Counted from the stretch's first letter, positions 40,061 to 52,589 are shown. The stretch is DNA of 64,000 nt from Octopus sinensis (GCF_006345805.1 NC_043006.1:48608001-48672000); one strand, 5' to 3'. Notes: generated by a model from the letters alone, not told the origin. Numbers and translations: made by a program.

Positions 40061-41040
40061 TCTCATGTCCTCTTCTCTCTCATGTCCACTTCTCTCTCAT
40101 GTCCACTTCTCTCTCATGTCCACTTCTCTCTCATGTCCACTTCTCTCTCATGTCCACTTCTCTATCATGTCCACTTCTCTCTCATGTCCACTTCTCTCTC
40201 ATGTCCACTTCTCTATCATGTCCACTTCTCTCTCATGTCCACTTCTCTATCATGTCCACTTCTCTCTCATGTCCACTTCTCTCTCATGTCCACTACTCTC
40301 TCATGTCCACTTCTCTCTCATGTCCACTTCTCTCTCATGTCCACTTCTCTCTCATGTCCACTTCTCTCTCATGTCCACTACTCTCTCATGTCCACTTCTC
40401 TCTCATGTCCACTTCTCTCTTATGTCCACTTCTCTCTCATGTCCACTTCTCTCTCATGTCCACTTCTCTCTCATGTCCACTTCTCTCTTATGTCCACTTC
40501 TCTCTCATGTCCACTTCTCTCTCATGTCCACTTCTCTCTTATGTCCACTTCTCTCTCATGTCCACTTCTCTCTCATGTCCACTACTCTCTTATGTTCACT
40601 TCTCTCTCATGTCCACTTCTCTCTCATGTCCTCTTCTCTCTCATGTCCACTTCTCTCTCATGTCCACTTCTCTCTCATGTCCACTTCTCTCTCATGTCCA
40701 CTTCTCTCTCATGTCCACTACTCTCTTATGTTCACTTCTCTCTCATGTCCACTTCTCTCTCATGTCCTCTTCTCTCTCATGTCCACTTCTCTCTCATGTC
40801 CACTTCTCTCTCATGTCCACTACTCTCTCATGTCCACTTCTCTCTCATGTCCACTTCTCTCTTATGTCCACTTCTCTCTCATGTCCACTTCTCTCTCATG
40901 TCCACTTCTCTCTCATGCCCACTTCTCTCTCATGTCCTCTTCTCTCTCATGTCCACTTCTCTCTCATGTCCACTTCTCTCTCGTGTCCACTTCTCTCTCG
41001 TGTCCTCTTCTCTCTCATGTCCACTTCTCTCTCTCATGTC
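40061..41040. repeat. 17-bp minisatellite (ATGTCCACTTCTCTCTC), about 57-58 units
   Basis: Directly visible. The unit has no plus-strand stop codon, so it yields three overlapping 340-400 aa pseudo-ORFs with a 17-aa period. Confidence 0.95.
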
Positions 41041-41071
<31 letters not shown>

Positions 41072-41727
41072 ATGTCCTTCCTTTCATGCTTTCTCTCGCT
41101 CTCCCCCCCCTCTCTCTCTCTGACCATTGACTGTTATTTGGTCACATTCATTCACTCAGCCACTCTTTCCCCCTCCCTGCCTCACTCTATTCCTCTGATT
41201 CCTCCCATACACACACACAACTCACCATCAGTATCTCACCCACCTCCACTCACTCTATCCCTCACTCTCACTCATAATTAATTTAATCCAGCAGCTTTTT
41301 AACAAATTCATCTGAACCAACTCCTTATTCCACAAACACACCAACACGAAAATGGTGCCAATACCACTGCCCTAAATAAATTAATTTAGTCCAGCCTCTC
41401 TATTATCTGTGTCAACATCACTAAACCTAAAGAATTAAAAACTCTGCTTCTGAAAAGATCTGCTTACCCCTACTGACCCTGATCCTCACTAGGGTTGGGG
41501 TGGGTCTATTTTTCTAGATTTTTTTATATTTTGACTTCACCATTTTTACAATCCTTCTGTTAATTCAGAGAATTCTATGAAAACAACAATAGCGATGGTG
41601 CTGGTGGTGCTTATATCCAGGTCAACCCCCATTAAGCAAACCCTGTGATCCTGAAGACATTCCAGTTGTGATCACCCCCCTCTCTATTTCAGACATGGTG
41701 CATTTAGGACTATGTTATCCAGTATAT

Positions 41728-41954
41728 TACTCTTTACTCTTTTACTCGTTTCAGTCATTTGACTGTGGCCATGCTGGAGCACCACCTTTAGTCGAGTAAA
41801 TCGCCCCCCCCAACTTATTCTTTGTAAGCCTAGTACTTATTCTATCAGTTTTTTTGCCGAACCGCTAAGTTATGGGGGACGTAAACACACCACCATCGGT
41901 TGTCAAGCGATGTTGTGAGGACAAACACAGATACACAAACATATACACACATAC

Positions 41955-42015
<61 letters not shown>

Positions 42016-42164
42016 CATATATACGACGGGCTGTTTTCAGTTTTCGTCTACCAAATCCACTCACAAGGCTTTGGTCGGCCTGATGCTATAGTAGAAGACA
42101 CTTCCCCAAAGTGTCGCGCAGTGGGGCTGAACCCGGGACCATGTGGTTCGTAAGCAAGCTACTT
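41728..42164 (-). mobile_element. SINE family A, near full length
   Basis: Identity to other copies; extreme 5' end missing. Confidence 0.9.
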
Positions 42165-42277
42165 GTCATTGTTGTTGCTGTCAATTGTTGTTGTTTAGCC
42201 CTAGATCATCTGTGATCATCCCATTTTATTTTCAGACAATGTATCAAGGTATACATTATCCCCCCCCCCTATTTTTA

Positions 42278-42670
42278 GATGATAAGGTGCAGTTTGCAGA
42301 GAATTTCATTGCTATTTCTAGCAGATCAAATGATCACAATAGGTGGTCATCTTTATAAGCAAAGAGATTATTTTTAAAGATGATAGGGTGCACTTTGTAA
42401 AGAGTTTGATTGCTATTTCTAGCAACTCAAATGGTCACAACAGGTAACCTTCTTCATTAACAAAGAGACCTTTTTTTTTGACATGTTCAGGTGCAATTTG
42501 TAAGAAATTTGATTGCTATTTCTAAGCAGATCAAATGACCACAATAGGTGGCCTTCTTCATTGACAAAGAGAACCTTTTGATTTTTTTAACATGTTCAGG
42601 TGCAATTTGTAAGGAATTTGATTGCTATTTCTTGCAAGTCAAGTGACCACATAGAGGGAGCTTTCTTCCT
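42278..42670. repeat. Tandem array of four about 100-110 bp units derived from family G (reverse orientation)
   Basis: Each unit contains GGTGCA.TTTG...TTGATTGCTATTTCTAGCA...CAAATGA.CACAA.AGGT...CAAAGAGA. Confidence 0.8.
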
Positions 42671-44278
42671 GGGCAAAGAGAGACCCAAGTCTTTGTCCTA
42701 TATTCATCCAGCTCCTGTATATTTCACTCTCTTGTACACTTTATCTTTGCATGCTTCTATTATAGTGGTTAATACTACCTTCTACCACTGCCATACCACT
42801 GCAGTACCACTGCAGCAGGTATGTTAGACTCTGCACCCACCACCCTACAAGATATTCTTCTCGTTATCAAACACACACACAAATGCACTAAACTCTGCTT
42901 ACATCATTTCTCTCATCCACACTCCCTCATCTCATTTCTCATCTTGTATTCCATTTAATTAACTTTTATTAGTTTTTACACAATGATAACTAATTTCACC
43001 TCGGGGCGAACCTGCTTGCTACTTTTAAGAATACAACCATCAGTATTACATTTTGTAGTAATTACTGTTATTGGTTCTTTTGTTGTTGTTGTTGTTGTTG
43101 TTGTTGCTGCTGTTGTCTTTGTTGTTGTTAACCGCCTCCACCTCCCAGGCCTTCTCCCTCTTTCATCAGTAGTTGTAAAGATATGTTCTGATACACGTAA
43201 TCAATGATGCCACACTTCTTCACAAGAGTCTATCTAGTTCTTCATTATCGTTATCGTCATGTGATTCCTAATGAGTTGCAGGGGTTGAGTCGGAATGATG
43301 TAGAACACAAGAACAATTCTCGTTGCAACAACGATACCATTGTTACAAAGACCAATAGATCCTTAAATTTCTGCTGTTGTACATTTTCTTTCATCTTCTC
43401 TTTACTCTCTCTCTCTCTCTCTCTTGCTCTCATTTCTTTCATCTGTCTTAACATATTAAACATGAGTTCAATATATCACCACCATCATCAACATCATCAC
43501 CATCATCAACATCATCATCAACATCATCATCATCACCATCATCACATCATCACCATCATCAACATCATCACCATCATCAACATCATCACCATCATCAACA
43601 TCAATATCATCATCATCATTATCATTGCCATCACCATTGTTTTAATGTCCACTTGCCCATGCTTGCCTGGATCAGTCGAAATTTTGTTGAGGCAGATTTT
43701 CTGTGGCGAGATGGCCCTTTCCGCTGCCAACTCTCACCTGTTTCCAATTATGATAATATTTCCCCCATGGTCTGACATGCTTTGCATGAAAAACTGGAAA
43801 CAAACAACCTTGCATGTATGAGGGTGATGCTCATTTACAGCCTTCACATAATATCAAGACAAGTATACACTCACAAACACACTCTCACACAATGGGTTTT
43901 TCAGTTTCCATCTACCAAATCCATTTTCAAGTCTTTGGGCCGCTCAGAGATGCACCCAATAGTAAAACTGGGCTGTGTATTGTGTTCTTGAGCAAGGCAC
44001 TTTATTTCATGTTGCACCAGTAGAAATGAAGAATTCTAGTGGTTGATGTGGATTATCTTTTACATTTTACTTGTTTCTGTCATTGCACTGCGGCCATGCA
44101 GAGTTTTAGTCAAACAAATCAACATTAATATTTATACTTTTATTTTTTATTTGATATTTATTCTATTGTTCTCTTTTGTTGAATTGCTAAGTTACAGGGA
44201 TGTAAACAAATCAGCGCCAGCTATCAAGTAGTGATGTAATTGAGATCAGAGACACAGACACATAGACATGCACACAGA

Positions 44279-44319
<41 letters not shown>

Positions 44320-45404
44320 CATACATACATATTTATATATATATATAAATTCTATAATTATAAGCGTGTCCAGTGTCCACCACTCCCCTTTTCCCCTCTA
44401 TTTTTGTTTCTAGTATGCACACTCATGCACATGTACATCCATGTTCCCTTGCTACATTAATTTTTTTTTCTTTTTAAATATATTAAATTAAAAATTAGTG
44501 AAATCAAATTCATTACAGAAACAAATTACTCCGCAATTTTATTCATTCAGTGTTTTTGAAAAATCTGTTTGATTTTCATGGATGAAAGAATGAGAGAGGG
44601 TGATGCAGAGTGCATGTATGTGTAAGAGAGAGCTACACAGTGGTGTGTGTGTGTGTGTGAAAGAGAGAGGAAGGAGGTATTTTTATGAAAGAATTTGTCT
44701 TTGGAAGTGTTTTTGTGTGTAGGGGTTGATTTTTTTTTTTTTTTTTTTGAGAAAAATGTTGAAATATTAAGTCTTCTCTCTCTAATGAAATTCCAATCTG
44801 TCCAATTCTTGCTGCCTGATCTGTCTGTTGAAAAGGATTATTTTCCTGTCTGCTTTCTTCTTATCAGTCAGTAAATGACATCTCACTGTCAAAGATATCT
44901 TTGGTCATTTTATCATGGTTCCTAAAGGAATTCTTTCTTCCTACATTACTTTTCTCTTTCTCCATCCTCATCTTTCTTTGTCCATACTCCTTCTCTCTTT
45001 CTTCTTCCTCCTCATCTTTCTTTGTCCACACTCCTTCTCTCTTTCTCCCTCTCTCAATGTGATAATCTTCACAAAGTTTTCCAATCCCTTTTTACAGTTG
45101 TTTGTCTGACAAATGTTGTTCACCCCCCCACCACCTTACCATCATCCTCCACCACCATCAACACACAAGTGAGGATGCCATCATCACTGTCATCATCATA
45201 TCATCATCATCATCATCATCGTTGTCACCATCTATTTGCCAATGTTATTGTTGGGCTTCATGCCTAATTAAGAAAATTATTTATTCCCAATGCAGATTTA
45301 TTTTCCTGCTTTACCCTGCTAATCCTTCTGGGTCTCCAGCACATATACACATGTATGTATGCGCAGCTGCTTCATGGATATATTTGTATTTTTGTGGTGT
45401 AGTA

Positions 45405-45478
<74 letters not shown>

Positions 45479-45496
45479 ATATATAAATACATACAT

Positions 45497-45680
45497 ATCA
45501 TCATCATCATCATCATCACGTTTAGCGTCCGTTTTCATGCTAGCATGGTTGGACGGTTTTCTACTGGGGTCTGTGAAGCCAGAAGGCTTCATCAGGTCCA
45601 GTCAAATCTGGCAGTGTTTCTACGGCTGGATGCCCTTCTAACGCCAACCACTCCGTGAGTGTAGTGGGTGCTTTTTACGT
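45497..45680 (-). mobile_element. RTE 3' UTR fragment (family C)
   Basis: CATCATCACGTTTAGCGTCCG...GGATGCCCTTCTAACGCCAACCACTCC; a second fragment lies at about 46000-46240. Confidence 0.75.
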
Positions 45681-45722
45681 ACATACATATATATATATAT
45701 ATATAATATATAAATACATACA

Positions 45723-45779
<57 letters not shown>

Positions 45780-45910
45780 AATACATACATACATATATAT
45801 ATATATGCAAATACATACATGCATATATATATTATATATATATATAATATATATATATATAAATACATACATAATATATATATATATGCAAATACATACA
45901 TGCATATATA

Positions 45911-45949
<39 letters not shown>

Positions 45950-46297
45950 CACATAATCAATTGCATATACAGAAGTGTTTTGTGTATGTATGTCATCATC
46001 ATCATCATCATCATGTAACATGCGTTTACCATCCTTGTATAGATAGGATGATTCGGCAGGAGCTGGCAAATGAGAGAACTGCACCAAACGCCATTTGTCT
46101 GTTCTGGCATGGTTTCTACAGCCAGTTGCCCTTCTTAACGCCACCCACTTTACAGTGTGTTCTGGGTGCTTTTTACATGGCACCATCATTGTTTTCTATT
46201 TACTTTCTGTGTTGGCATGGGTTGGACAGGTTGTCTTAGTCAGAGTCAATATTTGGAAGTCCTGCTTATCCAGACAAGCTGGAGCACTGCATTTTAC

Positions 46298-46660
46298 TCA
46301 TGCTGGAGCACCGCCTTTAGTCGAGCAAATCGACCCCGGGACTTATTCTTTGTAAGCCCAGTACTTATTGTATCGGTCTCTTTTGCCGAACCGCTAAATG
46401 ACAGGGACGTAAACACACCAGCATCGGTTGTCAAGCAATGCTAGGGGTACAAACACACACACGTACATATATATATATACATATATATACATATATACGA
46501 CAGGCTTCTTTCAGTTTCCGTCTACCAAATCCACTCACAAGGCATTGGTCGGCCCGGGGCTATAGCAGAAGACACTTGCCCAAGGTGCCAAGCAGTGGGA
46601 CTGAACCCGGAACCATGTGGTTGGTTAGCAAGCTACTTACCACACAGCCACTTCTGCGCC
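46298..46660 (-). mobile_element. SINE family A, 3' tail missing
   Basis: Identity to other copies. Confidence 0.85.
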
Positions 46661-47132
46661 TGATGTAGTTCTTTTATGCACCATGCCTGAAAATAAGAGG
46701 AGATGCTCGCAGCAGAAACGCCTTTGATTATTATGTAGCTCTGCTTGATCAGGACTGACCTAGGGTTAAACAACACAACAGAAATGAAGACACAGACATC
46801 ACACATGTACACAGCCTTCAGCACAAATTCCTTTGCTATAGAAATGAAAACCATAGAAATAAAAAGGTGGTCAGCTTTCTTTCCTTTCTCCCTCCACCAA
46901 GGCTGGAAGAAGTGAAAGAGACAGCAGAGGGAGGGAGGGAGGTAGGAAGAAGGGGTTTAAAAAAAAAATTTAGAAAAGCAAAGATAGGAAGAAAGGGCTG
47001 CTAGCAGTGAAATAAGATGTTGGAGGAAGATATTGTGTTGTACAGGAAGGAGTTTGCAGATGTCTGAGTCTAGAAAGGTAACAAATGCTACTAACTGAGG
47101 AAAGTTCAAGGGTTCAGATCCCATGACACACT

Positions 47133-47167
<35 letters not shown>

Positions 47168-47734
47168 ATAGCAGTGGTGGTGGTGGTAGTAGTAGTAGGA
47201 GTTGTGGTGGTGATAGTAGTAGTAGTATTGCAGCAGCAGTAGTGGTAGTAGTAGTGGTAATAGTAGTAGTAGTATCTATTACTTCCTACTTGTACTTCCA
47301 GTACTGCTGTCACACATACTGTCACCATCGCCCACCATACACAGTTTCCAGGGCCATACTGGGGCACTTGTCTTAAAGGCTTATAGTCAGACAAATCTGA
47401 TATTGTCAGTTAAAATGTGCAGTCATGCACAAAATGACATCTTTCAAATCCTGTTTCCTGATTGGGTGAAAACGATCAAGCTTTGAAGTTCTATAACTCT
47501 TTAAAAATATTTTTCTAGTAAAAATGAAATAATTCCAGCAATTCAGTTTGGGCAAGTGTATTTATTGTGCCAAATTTTAAAACAGGAGTGGCTGTTTGGT
47601 AAGTAGCTTGCTTACCAACCACATGGTTACCGGGTTAATTCCCACTGTGCAGCACCTTGTCTTCTACTATAGCCTCAGGCCGACCAAAGCCTTGTGAGTG
47701 GATTTGGTAGACGGAAACTGAAAGAAACTTGTTG

Positions 47735-47765
<31 letters not shown>

Positions 47766-47799
47766 ATATACATAATAAATATATATATATACAATATAT

Positions 47800-47875
<76 letters not shown>

Positions 47876-48064
47876 TATATAAAAGGGCTTAGTAAAATAA
47901 ATTACTTGCCGCATACTGAACTCATTAGAAATAGCAGCCAAAAAAAACTTTTTTAAAAAACTATTTCTAATACTTAAAGAAAACCTCTCTCATTAGTGTT
48001 TGCTCAATTCAACTCACGCAAATATGGGGGTAGAGACATTAAAAAATCAAGTGCAAAGGTTATT

Positions 48065-48116
48065 TGAGAACGTACGTTTCAAGATTAGTCAACACGACAT
48101 TTCTATCATCAGCTCA
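48065..48116 (-). ncRNA. Second copy of the same hammerhead motif on the minus strand (left arm)
   Basis: Reverse complement reads UGAG CUGAUGA UAGAAAUGUCGUGUUGACUAAUCUU GAAAC GUAC GUU CUCA. Confidence 0.65.
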
Positions 48117-48356
48117 GAACTCCCTGGTTTGGATTTGAAAAACACTGGAAGTGGGAGCATACCCTTTCGGCTTCCTCTTGCTTCTGAAGATCTGCTCGTA
48201 CGAGCAGATCTTCAGAAGCGAGAGGAAGCAACTCAGACTTACTCCCCGGCAATCGACCGGCGCATAACTCTTTCGACTCGTGCACTCGACCGAGAACTCT
48301 CTCAAGAAAGGGTATGCTCCCACTTTCAGTGTTTTCAAATCAAAACCAGGGAGTTC

Positions 48357-48407
48357 TGAGCTGATGATAGAAAGTCGTGTTGACTAATCTTGAAACGTAC
48401 GTTCTCA
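48357..48407 (+). ncRNA. Type I hammerhead ribozyme motif with palindromic GUAC loop III (GUU triplet)
   Basis: Stem I UGAG/CUCA. CUGAUGA 48361-67. Imperfect stem II (AGA/UCU plus GUC/GAC). GAAAC-GUAC-GUU at 48392-48403. Confidence 0.65.
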
Positions 48408-48700
48408 AATAACCTTTGCACTTGATTTTTTAATGTCTCTACCCCCATATTTGCGTGAGTTGAATGAGCAAACACTATATGAGAGAGGTTTTCTTTAAGT
48501 ATTAGAAATAGTTTTTAAAAAAGTTTTTTTGGGCTGCTATTTCTAATGAGTTCAGTATGCGGCAAAGTAATTATTTACTAAGCCCTTTTATATAATGAAT
48601 AATTTGAATTCGCCTTAAATGGTCCCTTTTGCATACTGAATACTTGGTGAAATTGATTAATAATTAATTTTACCCTCAATTGTTGAAATTATATATATAT

Positions 48701-51700
48701 ACATATATATATTGTTGGCATCCTTTTTGTCTCAGGAGACAATGGAGTTGCGCATAAATTAGTCTAGTCCGGCTTTTACATTTCATGTCCTGATACATTT
48801 CCTGCTGTGGCTGTGTAGACCTATCCTGGACAAACACTCCCTCTGGCAGGTACCGCAAATGTAGCGAAGACTGTTCCTGGCTGGTTGTAATGCCATAGTT
48901 TCTTGTTGATGTCTTTTCTTGTCTTTCCATTTCTCCTCTCTCTCTCTGTCACTCCTTTGTATTCCCTCTTTTACGGTACGTCGCCAGTCTCCACGGTTGC
49001 CGGCAACTGCCTCCCAACCACTAATATTGATGTTGCAGGCCTTCATGTCCCTTTTGCAAACATCCTTGTAACGTAAGATGGTCTACCCACAGACCTAGTA
49101 CCCCTGGCAAGCTCTCCGTAGAGTATGTCCTTGGGGATTCTGCCATCTTTCATACAGCTAACATGCCCAAGCCATCTCATATGTCTTTGTGTGAGGAGTG
49201 CAAACATGCTTGGTATTCCTGCTTGCTTGAGGATATCTTTGTTGGGGATATGATTCTGCCATTTGATGCGGAGGATTTTCCGGAGGCAGCGCAGGTGAAA
49301 GATGTTTAGTCGACGCTCTTGGTGTGTGTATAGCGTCCAAGTCGCACTTCCATACAGTAGAGTGCTAAGTACACATACCTGGTAGATCTTCATTTTCGTG
49401 GTCTTGGTCAGCTTATTGTTGTCCTAAGCCCGTTTGGAGAGTTGGGCCATCGCAGCAGCTGCCTTGCCAATGTGTATATTGAGCTCAGCATCAAGGGATA
49501 GGTTGTAGGTGACGGTAGAGCCAAGATAGGTAAACTTCTCCACCTCTTGTAATCTGTGGTCTCCAATATGTATGTTTGGGATGTTCGATGTAGCCTGACC
49601 CATGATGTTGGTCTTCTTAAGGCTGATAGCTAAGCCAAAGTCATTACATGCTTGCTCAAAACAGTTAATGGAGGGCTTCTTCTGTGTGTGATACCAGAGC
49701 GGCATCATCAGCAAATAGCATCTCCTTGATCAGGACGTTTCTGATTTTGGTCTTGGCATGCAGGCGCGAGAGATCGAACAGTTTCCCGTCACTTCTACTG
49801 TGCAGAAACACTCCATCATCTGTTGTCTGAAAGGCATGTGAGAGTAAGAGCGAGAAGAAGATGCCAAACAATGTAGGAGCGAGGACACAACCTTGCTTTA
49901 CCCCGTTTTTTATTTGGAAGGCGGCTGATGTTGAACCGTTGTGCTGTATGGTGCCTTGCATGTCATCATGGAAAGACTTGATGATCCTCAGCAGCTTTGG
50001 TGGACATTCGATTTTTTGGAGCAGGATGAAGAGGCCTGTTCTGCTTACCGAGTCAAAGGCCTTTGTTAGATCAATGAAGGCCATATATAATGGCATTTTC
50101 TGCTCTCTGGACTTCTCCTGAAGTTGGCGTATGGAGAATATCATATCGATAGTTGATCTGCTTCTTCTAAAGCCACACTGCGATTCCGGATAGATTCAAG
50201 AAACAAGTAGTTGTAGCCTGGCCAGGATAACGTGGGCAAAGGTCTTTCCAACAGTGCTTAGAAGAGATATTCCATGGTAATTGTTACAATCACCACGGTC
50301 ACCTTTGTTTTTGTAAAGCGTAATGATGTTAACATCCCGCATATCCTGAGGGACTGTACCCTCTTCCCAGCACTGACACAGAAGCTCATGAAGGTGCCGA
50401 AGCAGGATGGTGTTTTTGCCGGCTTTCATGATCTCTGAGGGGATGCCGTCTTTTCCCGGAGCCTTGTTTCTGTCTAGGGAGTCAACAGCCTTGGTGAGCT
50501 CTGCTATAGATGGCGGACTGCCAAGTTCGCACATGACCGGCTAGATCTTGACACTCTCGACTGCAGCCTCAGCCACTGTAGTCTCCCGTGAGTAGAGATC
50601 CTGGTAGTGCTCCACCCATCTATCCATTTGCTTGCTTTGATCCCTGATGAGATCTCCATTAGTTGATTTCAGAGGGGCTGACTTGGTTGCGGATGGACCG
50701 AGGGCCTTCTTCAAACCGGCATACATCCCACGGGTGTCGCCCCCGTCAGCAGCTGACTGGATACTCTGACAGATTTCCTGCCAATACCTATTTGCACAGC
50801 GTCTGGCTGTCAGTTAGGTTTTATTTCGTGCCTTTCTGAGTTCTAGTGACTTCATAGAAGAGTCACTCTTGTATTGCATCAGAGCTGCACGCTTTGCTTC
50901 AATAACTGGCTCCAGCTCTGAGAGCCCAGCATTGAACCAATCTGGGTTTTGCCTTTCTCTCATGCCGAAAGTATCTATTGATGTCGTATACAAAGCTTCC
51001 CTGATATAGTTCCACCTACTTTCAGCAGAGGAGGTTGGGCAGCTACTGAGGGCAACCTTGATAGAAGCAGCAAAACATTTTCGCTGTGTAGGGTCCGAGG
51101 TTCTGGCAGTGTTAATGCCTGGTCGGCCCACTTTCTTGGAGCGATGGACTTTTTTAGGCAGAATCCTCACCCTACTTCTAATTAGTGAGTGGTCTGTGTC
51201 ACAATGCGCGCTGTGGTAACTGCGGGTCAATAGAATAGAATTCAGAAAGAATCTCCGTGTAATGATGAGATCCAGCTGATGCCAGTGGTGAGATCTTGGA
51301 TGTCTCCAAGATGCCTTGTGGGATGGCTTGTTGGTAAAGAATGTGTTTGTGATGCACAGGTTATGGTATGTGCAGAATTCAAGTAGTCTCTGACCATTGT
51401 CATTCATGTTGCCAATACCAAAGTGTCCAACACAAATGGGCCACAAATCATGGTCAGATTCCACGCGAGCGTTAAAATCCCCTAGAAGGTAGATATTTTC
51501 AGTCGTTGGTATATTTTCTATGACACAGTTGAGATCTTTGTAGAACTGGTTCTTGGTCTCCTCTGAGCTGTAGAGAGTGGGAGCATAGATGCTGAGTAGA
51601 TGTACTGAGCCAGAAGAAGTCGAGAGGCGCAATGAGAGGATACGCTCAGTGCCTCCTGATGGTGGTTCTATTGAGGAGAGTAATGAGTTTCTCACTGCAA

Positions 51701-52406
51701 AGCCAACGCCATGTTGACGAGGTTCTTCTGGATCGCTTCCCTGCCAAAAGAAGGTGAAATCCTGCTCTTTGAGTTTGCCGTTTGAGGGAAGTCTTGTCTC
51801 CTGTAGCCCAGCAATGTCTATGTTGAGCCTCTTTAGTTCATGGTCAATGATGGCCGTTTTTCTTGTGTCTTCAACCCTGAGTAGATCATCAGATATTCCA
51901 GGGCACATGGTCCTGACATTCCAGCTTGCCAACTGCAGGACTAGTGGTTTCTTGATTTTTAGTTGTTTGCCTGGTGCAGAGGTTGCAGGCCGCTTTTCAA
52001 GTCATACTCTTAGCTCCAAGCACCGTATTAACTGGGGGCTGCCCAGCTTGAGGTGGGCAGTAGCTAACCAATAGGACACGGAGGTCCCTCCCACCATCAG
52101 AGGTAACCTGTAGCGCCCATATTTTATGCCAATCTGAATGGACTTATCACTCGTGACTGTTACCTCCCGTGATGTTTCTGCAGCTTTTTACAGCAGCACT
52201 GACGTGTCCTCTCCAGTTTTGCGCAGGCCTGGGCTAGAGATAAGAAGTCCTGGGTAGCCCAATCGTCAGGTTTCCTCTCTCGACCTTGCTGATGTAGTCC
52301 AAAGGAGTGCAGAGCATTACGTTTGGCACCAGCTTGGTTGCAGGAGCTGCCGGAAGAGTGTCGAGTCGAACACTAAACCGCCTTCGGGGCTCCACTCCGG
52401 ATTTCT
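48701..52406 (-). mobile_element. Full-length RTE-clade (BovB/Expander-like) LINE, about 3.7 kb, disabled
   Basis: About 400 nt 5' UTR, one APE-RT coding region, and a short 3' UTR ending GGATGCCAACAA(TA)n. Candidate TSD TTGAAAT(T)ATATATATAT at 48683-48700 and 52407-52423. Confidence 0.92.
48783..52001 (-). pseudogene. RTE ORF: AP endonuclease + reverse transcriptase + C-terminal CxxC...HxxxC finger
   Basis: Motifs ASWNVRT, GLQETR, LLGDFNAR, LDLII, TDHSL (APE); KAPGKDGIP, FIDLTKAFDSV, GVKQGCVLAPTLF, LFADD, FTYLGS (RT); CGTCQRECLSRIGLHSHSRKC. In-frame stops at 50814-16, 50541-43, 50196-98 and 49424-26; frameshifts near 49670 and 49075. Confidence 0.95.
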
Positions 52407-52425
52407 TTGAAATATATATATATAT

Positions 52426-52542
52426 ATCACGTGATCACGTGACTGACCAGGCTATCAGATGTTGCTACACATCGCTGGTCACAATGCGCTTCGCATTGTT
52501 TTAGCCTTCAAATGACGCCACCCCGCTGGCTAAGCGAGCAGG

Positions 52543-52546
<4 letters not shown>
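52426..52546 (-). mobile_element. Short 5'-truncated 3' end of another retroposon with two stem-loops and an (ATCACGTG)n tail
   Basis: Hairpins ACAATGCG-CTT-CGCATTGT (52481-99) and GACCAG..GATGT-TGCTAC-ACATC.CTGGTC (52445-80); flanked by (TA)n on both sides. Confidence 0.55.

Positions 52547-52589
<43 letters not shown>

Larger units (their letters stand above)
47873..48689. mobile_element. Inverted-repeat Penelope-like pLTR pair with two hammerhead motifs
   Basis: Arms 47873-48168 and 48306-48597 (about 295 bp, near-identical) flank a 137-bp spacer containing a 60-bp palindrome (48170-48229). The right copy appears to extend to about 48689. Confidence 0.75.

Noticed and set aside
40065-41281. 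Three long ORFs (343-399 aa)
   Set aside because: They are translations of a 17-bp minisatellite, open in all plus frames; no protein-like complexity.
48184-48215. CTGAAGA-stem-GTAC-stem inside the 60-bp palindrome as a further hammerhead
   Set aside because: No GAAA follows the stem; the pairing is explained by the palindrome itself.
52250-52406. HDV-like ribozyme at the RTE 5' end (known in some RTE elements)
   Set aside because: Local hairpins exist, but I could not build the nested double pseudoknot by eye. An RNArobo or Infernal HDV search is needed.
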